From the NCBI RefSeq assembly GCF_000400465.1, contig NW_008806304.1:1-32000 (forward strand): 32,000 nt of DNA, read 5' to 3'. Source of the DNA: Wallemia ichthyophaga EXF-994 (Eukaryota > Fungi > Basidiomycota). How positions within the stretch are numbered: the stretch's first letter is position 1; every line of letters starts with the position of its first letter. Shown one piece after another: positions 21,879 to 32,000 of this stretch. The notes below the pieces were generated by a model. That model was not told the DNA's origin and made no database searches. It worked only from the letters and a program-made list of their open reading frames with translations. The position numbers were made by a program, and so were the translations under genes.

Positions 21879-23071
21879 CTACTCCTCCTCACCATCCTGT
21901 ACATCCAGTCCAGCCTTAGCGAAGCTGAAATTGCTATCGTGTTTCCTCGCTGTTTTTCTTTCTGGCTGCGCAACGGCGGCTGGTTTACCAGTAGGTGCGG
22001 CAGGAGCGCCCTTGCGCTCAAGGAGACTCTGCTCTCTCGTTGCGGTATCTACCGGCTTAGCGCCACCAAAGATTGAAGAGGGGTTTGAGCCGGTATGAGC
22101 CGTCTGGGTGGTACCTCTCGGAGCGAGCTGCAGTTTCCTGCGCTGGCCAGGAGCTTGAGACTGTGAGGAAGCCGAAGCGGGAGCCTTGGCAGATCTCCAA
22201 ACTTCAGGTTCTTCGCTTTGCTGTGGAGGGGCGGCACCCGCTCTAAAGTTAGCGCCACGCGACCACTCCTTCTCCTCTGCGCCAGCTCCACCAGCACTAC
22301 CACCGAAACCGAAGCCGCGCTCCGAACGAGGCGGCGCGACTGGCTTAGCGGTGCCTCTCCAGTTGACGTTGTCGTCCGGCTGGGTGTTGGTAGGTTCAGC
22401 GGCAGTCATGGGGCGAGCGGATCTCCAGGCATCCTTGTCATCAGCGAAGGACCCACCGAAACCACCCTTCTTAGGTGGCTCAGCGACGGTCACGCGCACA
22501 GGCCTCGCTGCCAGACTCTGCCCGGTTTTTGCAAGTGCACCTTTGAGGTCGTCGAGGGTGGCGAACTCAGCATAGCCAAAGCCTTTCGGACGGTCGGAGA
22601 TATCCCTCACTACCCGCACACTAGTCAGGGCGAGCTCGGCGAAGAAGGCGGCGATTTCCTCGTCGACGATGCTGTGGTTGAGGTTGCCGAGGAAGGCGGT
22701 GTATGGAGGGGCAGAAGGGAGGGGAACGGGTGGACGGGAAGCGTCGTTGCCGAAAGCACCCTCACTGGCGCCGTCTAGCCTGCCACCGAACTCGTCGCGT
22801 GCTGCTGCTGCGTGTGGGTGAGAAGAGGCGGGAGTGGATACGGTGCTGGCTCACGGGCGGTTGGTAGCTCATCAGCTACGTCGTCATCGGCCCAGGAACC
22901 ACCTGGTGGTGCTGTATTGGGTGTTACTGGCCTTGTTCTCTACTCAAACGTCAAATACCCACCCGGAGGCGCAATAAAGTCGTTCAAGGACATTTTAACC
23001 TTTTGGTTCTTCTTTGGAGCTGTGGGGGAGGCGTTGGCGTGGCCATTAACACGCACAATCCACTCACCCAT
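21879..23071 (-). CDS. TIF3: Translation initiation factor eIF4B
   Basis: Introns 23020-23067, 22912-22962, 22808-22854. MAPKKNQKVKMSLNDF, SWADD, RRM with PPYTAFLGNL and KGFGYAEF, C-terminal RRKLQLAPR and SIFGGAKPVDT. Confidence 0.88.
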
Positions 23072-23405
23072 TTTGTATAATCACTACGCTGTTTCTGTTC
23101 TCGGTTCAGTTGAGAATCTTAATTGGTGGTGGGCTATAAAAAATTATTTATTTTCTTTGGGAATAGAGTACTGCTGGTGCGTGTTCATGAGTGTATTCCC
23201 ACACCCACTCCAACCACCCCAGCCACACAGATCCAACTCCTAGTTGCAACCAACCAACTCACCGAGTTTTGAGCGCACATGTATAATATTCAGATATTCG
23301 CACTCCCTACCCTCAATTTACTCTACTGTCTTTTCAAATAAAATTTTGTGGTCGTGAATATTGCAAATTTCTGACTTTGGTGGGTTCCAGCGTAACAACT
23401 TCAAC

Positions 23406-23810
23406 AGTAAGTAGAATTCAAAGAGGGAGGCGTGTGCGCGCGTGTGTGTGTGTGGCTATAGCTACATGAATACGCAGCCACTCTACGCTCTCGCTCTCCC
23501 TTGCAACACCCACTCACTCCTCGCAGTGGGTAAGGTCCACGGTTCATTGGCTCGTGCTGGTAAGGTCAGATCTCAAGCACCAAAGTGAGTTATAGTGCGC
23601 ACATACACACCCAGTCTAACGCATCCCCAGAGTTGAACCACAAGAGAAGAAGAAGGTGTGATTAGTGGATATCCCCACAGACCCCTCTGACTTCCCCTTC
23701 AGACCCCTAAGGGCCGCGCTCACAAGCGTATGCTCTACAACCGTCGCTTCGTCAACGTTACTCTCATGCCAAACGGAAAGCGCAAAATGAATGCCAACCC
23801 AGAGAAGTAA
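23406..23810 (+). CDS. RPS30: 40S ribosomal protein S30 (eS30)
   Basis: Not in the ORF track. Exons 23406 (A), 23527-23584, 23631-23655, 23703-23810 give [63 protein letters not shown]. Confidence 0.96.
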
Positions 23811-23889
23811 ATTGGTGTGTATCGTGTTCTTGTACGCACGCCAATATCGATCCATCGAGTTACATTTGTTTTGATCCGCTCCGGCTAGT

Positions 23890-24736
23890 TCACTGTGCCA
23901 TGGCAAAATTTGCATCCTCCACTGAGGCTATAACGTCAGTGCCCTCGACCAACTTGCTTCTTGCATAGCGGCCATTGTCAAGGTCGTTCTTCTCGGCCCT
24001 CTCCTCCGCCTCGAGGATGTCCTTGCAGATACCCGACTCGATATGGCGCTTTACCAGTCTCTGCTTGGTCATGGCTTGGTCAATATCGATCCATATCTTC
24101 CTGTCTAGCGTGTGGGCTGCACTGGCCCACCGCTCCTCATCTAGCAGGACATAGTTGCCCTCTACGATGACGACAGCGACGTGCTCATCGATCTGCACAC
24201 CCCCCGGCGTCGGATCTTTGAGCGAATGTGAGAATGTCGGTGCTTGCAGTGCTACCCTGGGTTCATCCTTGAGTGCGTGGATGAAGCGCGTGTACTCTTG
24301 CGCATCGAAAGTGTGAGGTGCGCCCTGCGACCGATTTCAGCGGGATTTCGCGCAAAACAAGACATACGCACACGTCTAGCAAATGCAGCAGCTGGGTCCT
24401 GCAGAGCGGCTTCAGCTATCTCAACAACCTTATTACACTCCCCCACGCACTGGAAATTGAGACAGCTGCTCACGCGTATAATGCCAGCCATCCATACTCA
24501 CGCACACAGCGCTGATGGCGTGGCTGGTGAGTTTATCTGTGAGATGCTTCGTGAAGGCTGCGTGGGCGTGAGTGGGTGTGTGCCTTGCAGCGTCACCACC
24601 CACAGCTCTTCCCGGAGCCGGGGAATCCTCCGACGCCGACCAGATATCTCTGTGTGCCAAATAACACGCTGTTTCGATTATCTCCCTTCAAATCGCAGAG
24701 AATATCATTCAATACACGGTTGGTGATGTGATCCAT
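23890..24736 (-). CDS. P-loop kinase, phosphoribulokinase/uridine kinase family (YFH7-like)
   Basis: Introns 24558-24603, 24399-24450, 24325-24371. Motifs GGFPGSGKS, SMDGWHY, RRGAPHTFDA, PTFSHSLKDP, VEGNYVLL. Confidence 0.88.
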
Positions 24737-24831
24737 TGGTGGTGGTGGTTGTAAGGGAATCAAACTACATTTATTTTATTTGGTTTATTTGCTGAAATAT
24801 TTCATCTCCCGCTCCTTAGCAGATTACGCTG

Positions 24832-27485
24832 ATGAACCAGCTCGCAGTGCCATACAAGCAAGCCAGCGATATTGACATACCCAGCGCTGTAAATGACTTT
24901 CTAACGCGTAAGAATATTCCTCCACAGTCGCTCGAAAGCGATGTATCCCGCTGGAGTGATTTGCGACGTCGCTGCATGCTACAACACGCCCAAAACAGCT
25001 TCCCTGAATATCTCCACCAGCTCACGTACATATCCACAAGACTCCCGCGCGACATAATCTCTTTCGACTTTGCCACCCCTTTCCCCCACACCGCCGCCTT
25101 CTCTACCGAGGAAAGCTACGCGCTCGCCGATATCCACTACGAGAAGGCCGCGCTGCTGTTCAACATAGCCGCCGCCTTCTCCCAATCCGCCGCCCAGCGC
25201 AGTCGCGCTTCCACTGACGGTATCAAAGCTGCTATCCAGGATCTGCAGGTGAGACCACTGATTTGTCTTTCTTTTTCCCTTTTCATTCCCATCGCAGCTG
25301 TCTGCCGGTGCGTTCGACTTGCTCAGCGACTCCCTCAGCGCCCTCAAGACCCACACTGCCACCACCCCCGACCTCGCACCAGACTACATCCGCACGCTCT
25401 CCACCCTCATGCTCGCCCAGGCGCAGGAATGCTACTGGCAGAAAGCCGTGCTGGATAACCTCAAGAACGGCTCTATAGCCAAGGTATCGATGGGTGTGAG
25501 TGGGTGTGCTATGCTACACGCGGTTACTACCCGACTCACACGCTCACACTCACGCAGGTATCCAATCTCTACGAAGAGGCCTGCCAATTCGCCCTCAACT
25601 CTACTCCTCCTCCCGCTGATGCCCTTCCTCCGATATGGATCGCGCATATGCAGGTAAAGGCACACCACTTCGCCGCTGCCGCGCAGTATAGGCGCAGTCT
25701 CGATGATCTCAGTGCGAGCAGGTAAGTTTGTGTGAGTGAGGGTTTACACCAGCTCATACAGCTCAGATACGGACACGAGCTTTCTCGTCTCAATCTCGCC
25801 TCGGAGTTAGTAAAGAAAGCGATAGACTTCACCCATCGCAATCGAGTCCTGGAAGCAGTGAGACACGATCTCAAAGTAGGTTATTGATTGACTGCACAGC
25901 AACACAGCGCACACCCGCTCACACACGCACAACGCAGGGTCTGCACGAGACGGTGCTAGAGAGTCTAGCGCGGGGGACGAAAGACAACGATTTGATCTAC
26001 CTGCACGATGTGCCAACGCCGCACCATCTGCCAGCGATAGCGCCAGCGCGTATGGTTAGAGGTGTAGTGGGGGTGTCACTGACGAGTCAACACCCTACCA
26101 TCCCTCCAGACGCCCTCCTCTTTGCACGCCTTACGCCCCTTGCTGTCGACGCGGCGTGCGAGCTGTGGGGCAATCGCAAACGCAGCCGTGTGCGCGAACT
26201 TGAACAACATACAGCCCACCTCGACAAGATGCAAGCAGAGGCACTACACGCTCTTAATCTCCCAGGGTCGCTGCAAGCGGGTGATCGCCGCGCTGATATT
26301 CCCCCAGGTCTACTCAGGAAAACGGAGGAGGTGGGATCTGATGGTGGCTTAAACCTGCTCGACCGCCTCGTTGATGATGTTCAACTCCTCGCTCTTGGCT
26401 GCGAAGGCGTGCTCGACGAGGCTGTCGACTTGCTCGCGTTGGAGGAGGACGAAGATGGCCGTGTGCGTGCACAGCAATCTCAGTCGCAGCATGAAAACGA
26501 TGCACACACAAACACAGCCGGTGTCGCCGATGTGCAAGTCTCGTCTATCGCTCACGCGCCCCTCGCGCAAGAGATACAGTCGCTGCAGCACACCCTAGAG
26601 GCTGCGTCGCGGTCAGATGGGATAGTTCAGCAGAAAATGGCGGCAGCACGAGCGGATTTGGAGCTTATATCGTCGGATGTGGAGTGCATCAGACGGTCGT
26701 TGCCTAGTCATAGCCATACAGCACACGTACATACTCATGCGCACTCCCTCCCCGTCGACGAGAACACTCGCAGCCTGCGCAGTGCACTCGAGAAACTCGA
26801 CGATCTCGCGGATGATCGCAGAGTGCTTGTGCAGGACGTGAAGAGTATTGTCAAACGCGACGATATCCGCACCAAAATAATCAGAGTGTTTGAGGAGAGC
26901 AAGCGGAGTGAGAGTGGAGTGAGCGAGGAGCACAACCAAAACAATCAGCACACAGACACTGACACTGACACTGACACACTCAGCCAATCAAATATGGCTA
27001 TATTCGACGCCCTCTTTGAAGATGAGATGCGCAAATACGACGAGATTTTCACAGAACTCGAGACTAATAGTAGCAGCCAAGATGCGCTGCTTAGCACCAC
27101 GCGACAGCTATACAGCTTATTCGAGAAGCGCAAGCAGACAGACGCGGGTTACGTCGCGCGCCAAGACAAGCTGCAAGCGCTCGACCTGGCCTACTACACG
27201 TATATAGAGATAAAGAATAATCTCAACGAGGGACTGCAGTTCTACAACAATTTCAGTCAGCTAGCTCATGGACTGAAAGGCGGGGTGGACAAGTTTATTC
27301 ATCACCGCAGACTTGAGAGACAAGTGGCGATTGAGAAGTTGTCTAAGCACATAGAGAGCCTCACGCTGCACGAGAGCAGAGAGAGCATCACTAATTCCCC
27401 TCTTAAATCCTTTGCGAGGATACCTGATTCTCCTTCTCATCAGTTCGGAGAGTGGGATGAGAGTAAGCCGATACGGTTTGGATGA
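24832..27485 (+). CDS. RIM20: pH-response regulator PalA/Rim20 (BRO1 plus ALIX V domain)
   Basis: Introns 25249-25297, 25496-25557, 25722-25766, 25876-25937. YEKAALLFNIAA, AQAQECYWQKA, KDNDLIY, EGLQFYN and C-terminal WDESKPIRFG. Assignment to PalA rather than Bro1 rests on recalled terminal motifs. Confidence 0.82.
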
Positions 27486-27527
27486 GATGACGTATGCCAA
27501 TTACATTCATTTTCTATATGCATTACA

Positions 27528-28448
27528 TTATTCTGCCTTGCTCTTATTGCTGCCATTGCTACCATCCCTCCTGTTGCTGGTCCCGCTCCTGCCCCTGTTA
27601 TCACCCCGCGCATGCACGACGACAGCTTTGAAGAAATACGCACAAGTCAGCACGAGCATGACGACCGAGCGAGCGCCGAGGTGAGTGTGAGAGGGAGAAT
27701 CAGAGATGGCTGTGTAGTCAGGATGCGAGTGAGTCAACACGCCGTACAACACGGTGCACAAAAGCGCGATCCACAACTCGAGTGTGTCTATCCAGCCGAC
27801 GCCATCGCGCAGGGGATGAGGAGTAGAGAGAGACCAGCCGAGGGGACGCGTAACGCCTAGCACGCCCCCAATGAGCGAGCCCGCAGAAGGTGCCAGAGTA
27901 CCCAGCACCAATTGGGGAAAGAGGGAGTGGGCGTAGTTTGGGTGGCGCGCGCTGCCTAGCACTGCCCCTGTCAGTGCCCCACTCCGTAGCAGTCCGTCTA
28001 CCAGCGGACATGCAAAATCTACAACTTGAGCCGGGGGCGTAGGGAGATAGCGCAGAAACATGTGCACCGTAACGTAGTTGATGAGCGGGTATGGCGAAAG
28101 CAGCTGCGTGTACGGCTGCTGCAGTATACTCGCTATCAATATCGATCCCGACCACGCTAGGACGAGGTAGTTGCCGATGTATGCGGCGATATGGGACCGC
28201 TTTGGCGGGCGGAGCGATTCGCTCACGGTTTCAGATTCACGTTCGGTTTCATATTCTGCTTGGCTTTTTGCTGTGTATGCTAGCGATATGCGCGCGGCAT
28301 CTGTACAGTGTGAGCGAGTGCTGCGCATCAGAAGCATGAGCCACCCACGAAGCGTCGTGATCCACGGGAAGGGATAGAGTACACGGTGCACGTCCACGCT
28401 GCTCCCTTCGATCAGCACCGATAGAGCCCTTAACAATGCTGGCCACAT
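27528..28448 (-). CDS. Multi-pass membrane protein, possibly TRIC/TMEM38-like
   Basis: ORF 27528-28475 with a likely 48-nt in-frame intron 28301-28348 (GTGGGT...CTCAC...CAG). Start at 28448 or 28475. Several hydrophobic helices. Family call is inference. Confidence 0.6.
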   Translation of the reverse strand: MWPALLRALSVLIEGSSVDVHRVLYPFPWITTLRGWLMLLMRSTRSHCTDAARISLAYTAKSQAEYETERESETVSESLRPPKRSHIAAYIGNYLVLAWSGSILIASILQQPYTQLLSPYPLINYVTVHMFLRYLPTPPAQVVDFACPLVDGLLRSGALTGAVLGSARHPNYAHSLFPQLVLGTLAPSAGSLIGGVLGVTRPLGWSLSTPHPLRDGVGWIDTLELWIALLCTVLYGVLTHSHPDYTAISDSPSHTHLGARSVVMLVLTCAYFFKAVVVHARGDNRGRSGTSNRRDGSNGSNKSKAE

Positions 28449-28644
28449 GAACCTGTCAATTTGGAAGAAACACACAAATTACTTTCAGAAAGCATAAAGA
28501 TGCTGACATCTACTAGCTACCAGTGCGCTTCTAGCCTACTCCCATCCTCATATTGCTCAAACCTCGACTCGCACTTCAAGACATGAACGTGAAAATCAAT
28601 TTGCAATTCAGATACACAAATCCAGACAGCGCGCGCTGAATATA

Positions 28645-30310
28645 TCAGTTAAACAGTATCTCATTTGATTTCTCTACTGTGCGCTCAGCACCGGGGGAAG
28701 CCCCCTGTGGACGAGGAAATGGCTCCAAGCCGAGCAACTGGCGTGAAGGACCAGCCTCGACGTTTTCTGGGAGCATTCGACCAAAGAAGTGACTCTCGCC
28801 CTCGCCGCCCGGGAAGTCAGATGGCGGCAGACCCTTGATGAATCTGCTCCTCTGATCGACGAGATAATGCGCGTTGTTGATGGTGAGTGGTATGGCTGGT
28901 ATGTAGAGAACACTGGAGTCGCTCTGTCCGTGATGCTCCGGCTCCACGGCGTGCACTACGTCGCTGTGCCAGTACACCTGGTCGCCAGGTGAGAGACTTG
29001 GCGCAGACACCATCGTCTTATCGAGCTGCAAGTGCGGGTGCGTGTGACTGCTCAGCTCCTGCGTCCTACCCTGTGAGCCGCCTGGGAAGTGCGTGCTCTC
29101 CAGATCCAGCTTCCAATCGCTGAAGTCCAGATGCTGCGGGGTCCTGACAGGCGCAAAGAATGGCCGAAGAATGATATACGCTGTTGCTAGCTTGAGATCG
29201 ACTGGCAGAACTTTGAGTGTACCCTCGCGTGGCCCGACCTTGCTCAAACTCGTCCAGCCTTTGTTTTTGGCGCAAGGTTAGAGAATTACGGTCGAAAAGT
29301 TTACATCCCTCACTCACCCTGGAACGGTCTGTAGACTGAACAGCCTCCTGCTGCACCATACAAGTCAAATTGCGCATTCAAGCGAGGCGACACGTCGAAT
29401 GGGTCATGCTCCTCCCAGTTGCCTTGGAGGATGTGCTTCCAGCATGCCCTGTATCCTGGATCCTCCCAGCGCTCCAGAGAACCACCATCGATATGAGGCC
29501 CCAGTGCAAATTGGGAATCGCCCGGCTTGCGAATTCTCAATCTGTCCAAGTAAGACATGACAGAACCAAGACTGATCTCAGATTGCGGATCGCTGGCATG
29601 GAGAAGGTTAAGGAGGAACTCCTGCGTCTGTCTCAAAGCAGGATGACATCTGGCCTCAGTCTGAGCCACAGAGTGGTACAACTCGAACACCTGGACATCA
29701 TCTGCAGGGAACCCCCTCACTCTGTCCTTATTCGCACGCGCATAGTCGCGGATAGACTGCTTCCAGCGGAGCGCCTCACCCTCAGGCACACCCCCATCGA
29801 CTACCACCGAGCCGACTTTCTTGATGCGTTCTAGTATATCTACATCCATACCACTCTTTATCTGATGGAAAGGTAGGCGCGGGATAGCGTCTGAGCCGAG
29901 AGCTTCGACGTGCTCGACCTCCATCTTCAGTCTACTGAGAACGTCTCTCCATGATTCAATCAGACTGTCCTTCCACATATTCTTCTTGAGATGAGAAAAT
30001 CGCTGTGGAAGCTCCACCGGCTTGTCACCCGAGAGCGATGCAAAGACACTGGCGATAGAGCCCTCCTCTTTCTCTTTAGGCGGCGCTTTAGGAGGTGCTT
30101 TTGTGGCGAGGAGTCGCGAATATGACCCGACAGCCTTTTTTGTAGTTGTCTTTGTTGCCATGGCACTTGTGCGTTTTGTAATACTCAGATAAACCATCTT
30201 GCCTTTGACACCTGGACTGATGATAATCAACCCGATTAGCGAGCAAGACCTTTTATGTATATCCAGCGCGGCTTTCGTGCAATTTGAGGTTACTTTCCAG
30301 GGCGCAGCAT
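28645..30310 (-). CDS. DUF1479 (YbiU/Gig2-like) putative 2OG-Fe(II) oxygenase
   Basis: Intron 29259-29317 restores FQGWTSLS..GPREGTL. PHIDGGSLERW and YWHSDVVHAVE supply HxD...H. The 5' exon 30310-30294 with intron 30217-30293 is less certain; alternative starts at 30197 and downstream. Confidence 0.85.
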
Positions 30311-30519
30311 GGGGCTCCGATGGAGGCGTGGCGTGGTGAGGTGTGGGGTTGGTTGAGAGTGGGGCAGGCGTGTCTTTGCGCTCACAGCGCAGCTTCTCAG
30401 TTGTACTACCTCGGCTAAACCTTGATCACATGCGAGCAAGTCGGACATGCACGAGCACAGTAAAATGTAATTTCGAGAAGCTCAGTCCCCGTCTATTAAA
30501 AACACAGCGATAGATACAC

Positions 30520-32000
30520 CTAGACATTTCTACAAACATCCAAAACCTTATACCCGAAGTCAAACACAACATCTTGATAACTTACGTATATCTGCGCGGA
30601 GATCCTAGCCCATAAGGAGAATGCGTGATGATATACAGATACAGAGTACTTCTTACTCGACCAAGACGGATGCATAAGTTGGTGTTGGATCGACTTGGCC
30701 AAATCAGCCATATTAGTATGAGGATCCAGCTGTGAGAGATCTACCGGCAACTGTACGTTGACCATGTTCGAAGTGAGTTCGTAAGCGTCATTATCAAGTA
30801 GACAAGTGCCCCACAACTCAGCGAGTGCTTTACCAGACTGGATAGCCAGACTGCTGCAATACTGATTGATGCGCGCCTCGCCTCCGATTTGCTCCCGATA
30901 ATCTAATGCACAGTTTACACTGAGATAAGCGGTGAGATCCATCGTACCGCTCCAAGAATGAATTGTTGCAAATGTGAATCCTCTGCCACTACCCGTCACA
31001 TCTGGGGCGTTGTAAAATGGTCCTGTCGGCATACTCGACTTGAACAGCTTCTGGTTTTCTTTGGAGACGTACATCACCCCACAACCACGCTGCGTGTATA
31101 GCCATTTGTGGCAGTTTGACACCCAGAAATCTGGCTGTGCTTCTTTGAGATCTACATCCTGATGGCCGATCTCCTGTGCTGCATCCACCAAACTGAGTAC
31201 TTGGTTTTTTCTACACACATCCACTAGTCGCTGCCAAGGCAGCCTGCAGCCGGGTTTGGAGCTTATCGCATCTATCAGCGCCAGTTTGGGACTGGCTGAG
31301 CCCATCAGGGTTGTCTCAAAGCTTGCGATAATGTCGTCGTGTGTAGTTGGGAACGATAGAGGTATAATTGTCATTCGCAGGCCGGGGTTGTTGTCGAGAA
31401 CAGATCGGCAGGCATTTACGCAGCTGTTCGGACGTTAGCGGTGTTTAAGGTACGTGAAGCATCTCACACCTTGGATAAGACGTACTAAACACAAAGATTT
31501 CATCTTCCGGGTTGAATTTTACGTTTGCCAGTACTTCACTGACACCATGTGTGGCATTCTAGGTGTGTCAGAAGTCATCAAAGCGTGTCATTAAACCCAC
31601 CGGTACAAACACCAGATCCTCATCGTCGCAATTCACCAGCTTAGACAATCTTCGCCGTGCTTGGTTGAGGGGTGCCTCGTACTCCGCCTCAACATACCAC
31701 AAGTCCGGGTTAGCCTCCACTTTATCTTGTATCTTCCTGTAGGCTTGCATTACGGGTTTGGGGACAGCGCCAAAAGAACCTGTGGGTTGTGAGGGAGGTT
31801 GTACGCAAGACATCATAACAACAAACCGTGATTCAGATTTACTGCGATCGGTCGTAAGCGAGTTCCATCCATGCTCATGAGACCCACCATAGTCATCGCT
31901 AAAGAAGAAGTCTTGCCTTCTGTCTCTCCCAAACTCTGACGCTCTGGGTTTTGGTGTCTGTGCACGCGAGCCTGATTCGCTGCTATCCAGCCTTTTATCA
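30520..32000 (-). CDS. PLP-dependent class V aminotransferase-fold enzyme, hercynylcysteine sulfoxide lyase (Egt2)-like; 5' end outside window
   Basis: Introns 31842-31887, 31780-31826, 31559-31600, 31424-31469. VNLNHGSFG, VFVPNATHGV, LVDAAQEIG, SNCHKWLY (PLP lysine), WARISAQIY. Frame is open to the window edge. Substrate is not determinable. Confidence 0.85.

Noticed and set aside
26062-26109. 48-nt intron-like segment in PalA (GTGTAG...CTGAC...CAG)
   Set aside because: The donor is poor, the frame is open, and removal appears to shorten the linker too much relative to homologues as I recall them. Left as coding; RNA-seq would decide.
21700-29400. Many 60-190 aa opposite-strand or alternate-frame ORFs
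   Set aside because: They are shadows of GC-rich coding genes with low-complexity translations and no motifs.
27528-32000. DUF1479 oxygenase plus PLP enzyme plus membrane protein as a biosynthetic cluster
   Set aside because: No backbone enzyme (NRPS, PKS or EGT1) is in the window and no shared pathway can be shown. Sequence beyond 32000 could change this.
1-32000. Transposons, rRNA, spliceosomal snRNAs, additional tRNAs
   Set aside because: No transposase/RT motifs, terminal repeats or hallmark RNA sequences were found by eye. TTCGAAT at 2520 lacks a valid T-stem. A covariance-model scan was not possible.

Overview
Gene-dense window from a very compact fungal genome. It is almost certainly a basidiomycete; the 42-62 nt introns and 30-100 bp intergenic gaps suggest a Wallemia-like organism, but that is inference. 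I can model one intron-containing tRNA-Ala(TGC) and about 21 protein-coding genes: RPT2, a Ser/Pro-rich hypothetical, an OPT oligopeptide transporter, a probable PAC3 proteasome chaperone, a GH5 glucanase, ALG3, RPT6, a hypothetical, NCL1, SPB4, a Zn2Cys6 transcription factor, SDHAF3/SDH7, COX12 (absent from the ORF track), PRP18, eIF4B, RPS30 (also absent), a YFH7-like kinase, PalA/RIM20, a possible TRIC-like membrane protein, a DUF1479 oxygenase and an EGT2-like PLP enzyme truncated at the right edge. No mobile element or CRISPR array is supported. The most unusual structure is at 17338-21789: an operon-like co-directional run COX12 > 116-bp degenerate ~20-mer repeat > SDHAF3 > 31 nt > Zn2Cys6 TF, with PRP18 head-to-head only 32 bp from COX12. 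A second head-to-head pair, NCL1/SPB4, is separated by only 31 bp. Both divergent gaps carry a centred CAACG/CGTTG inverted repeat. Other notable points are GTGGGT as the commonest 5' splice site, an RPS30 start codon split by an intron, and three proteasome genes within 12 kb. All exon models are hand-derived and need RNA evidence.
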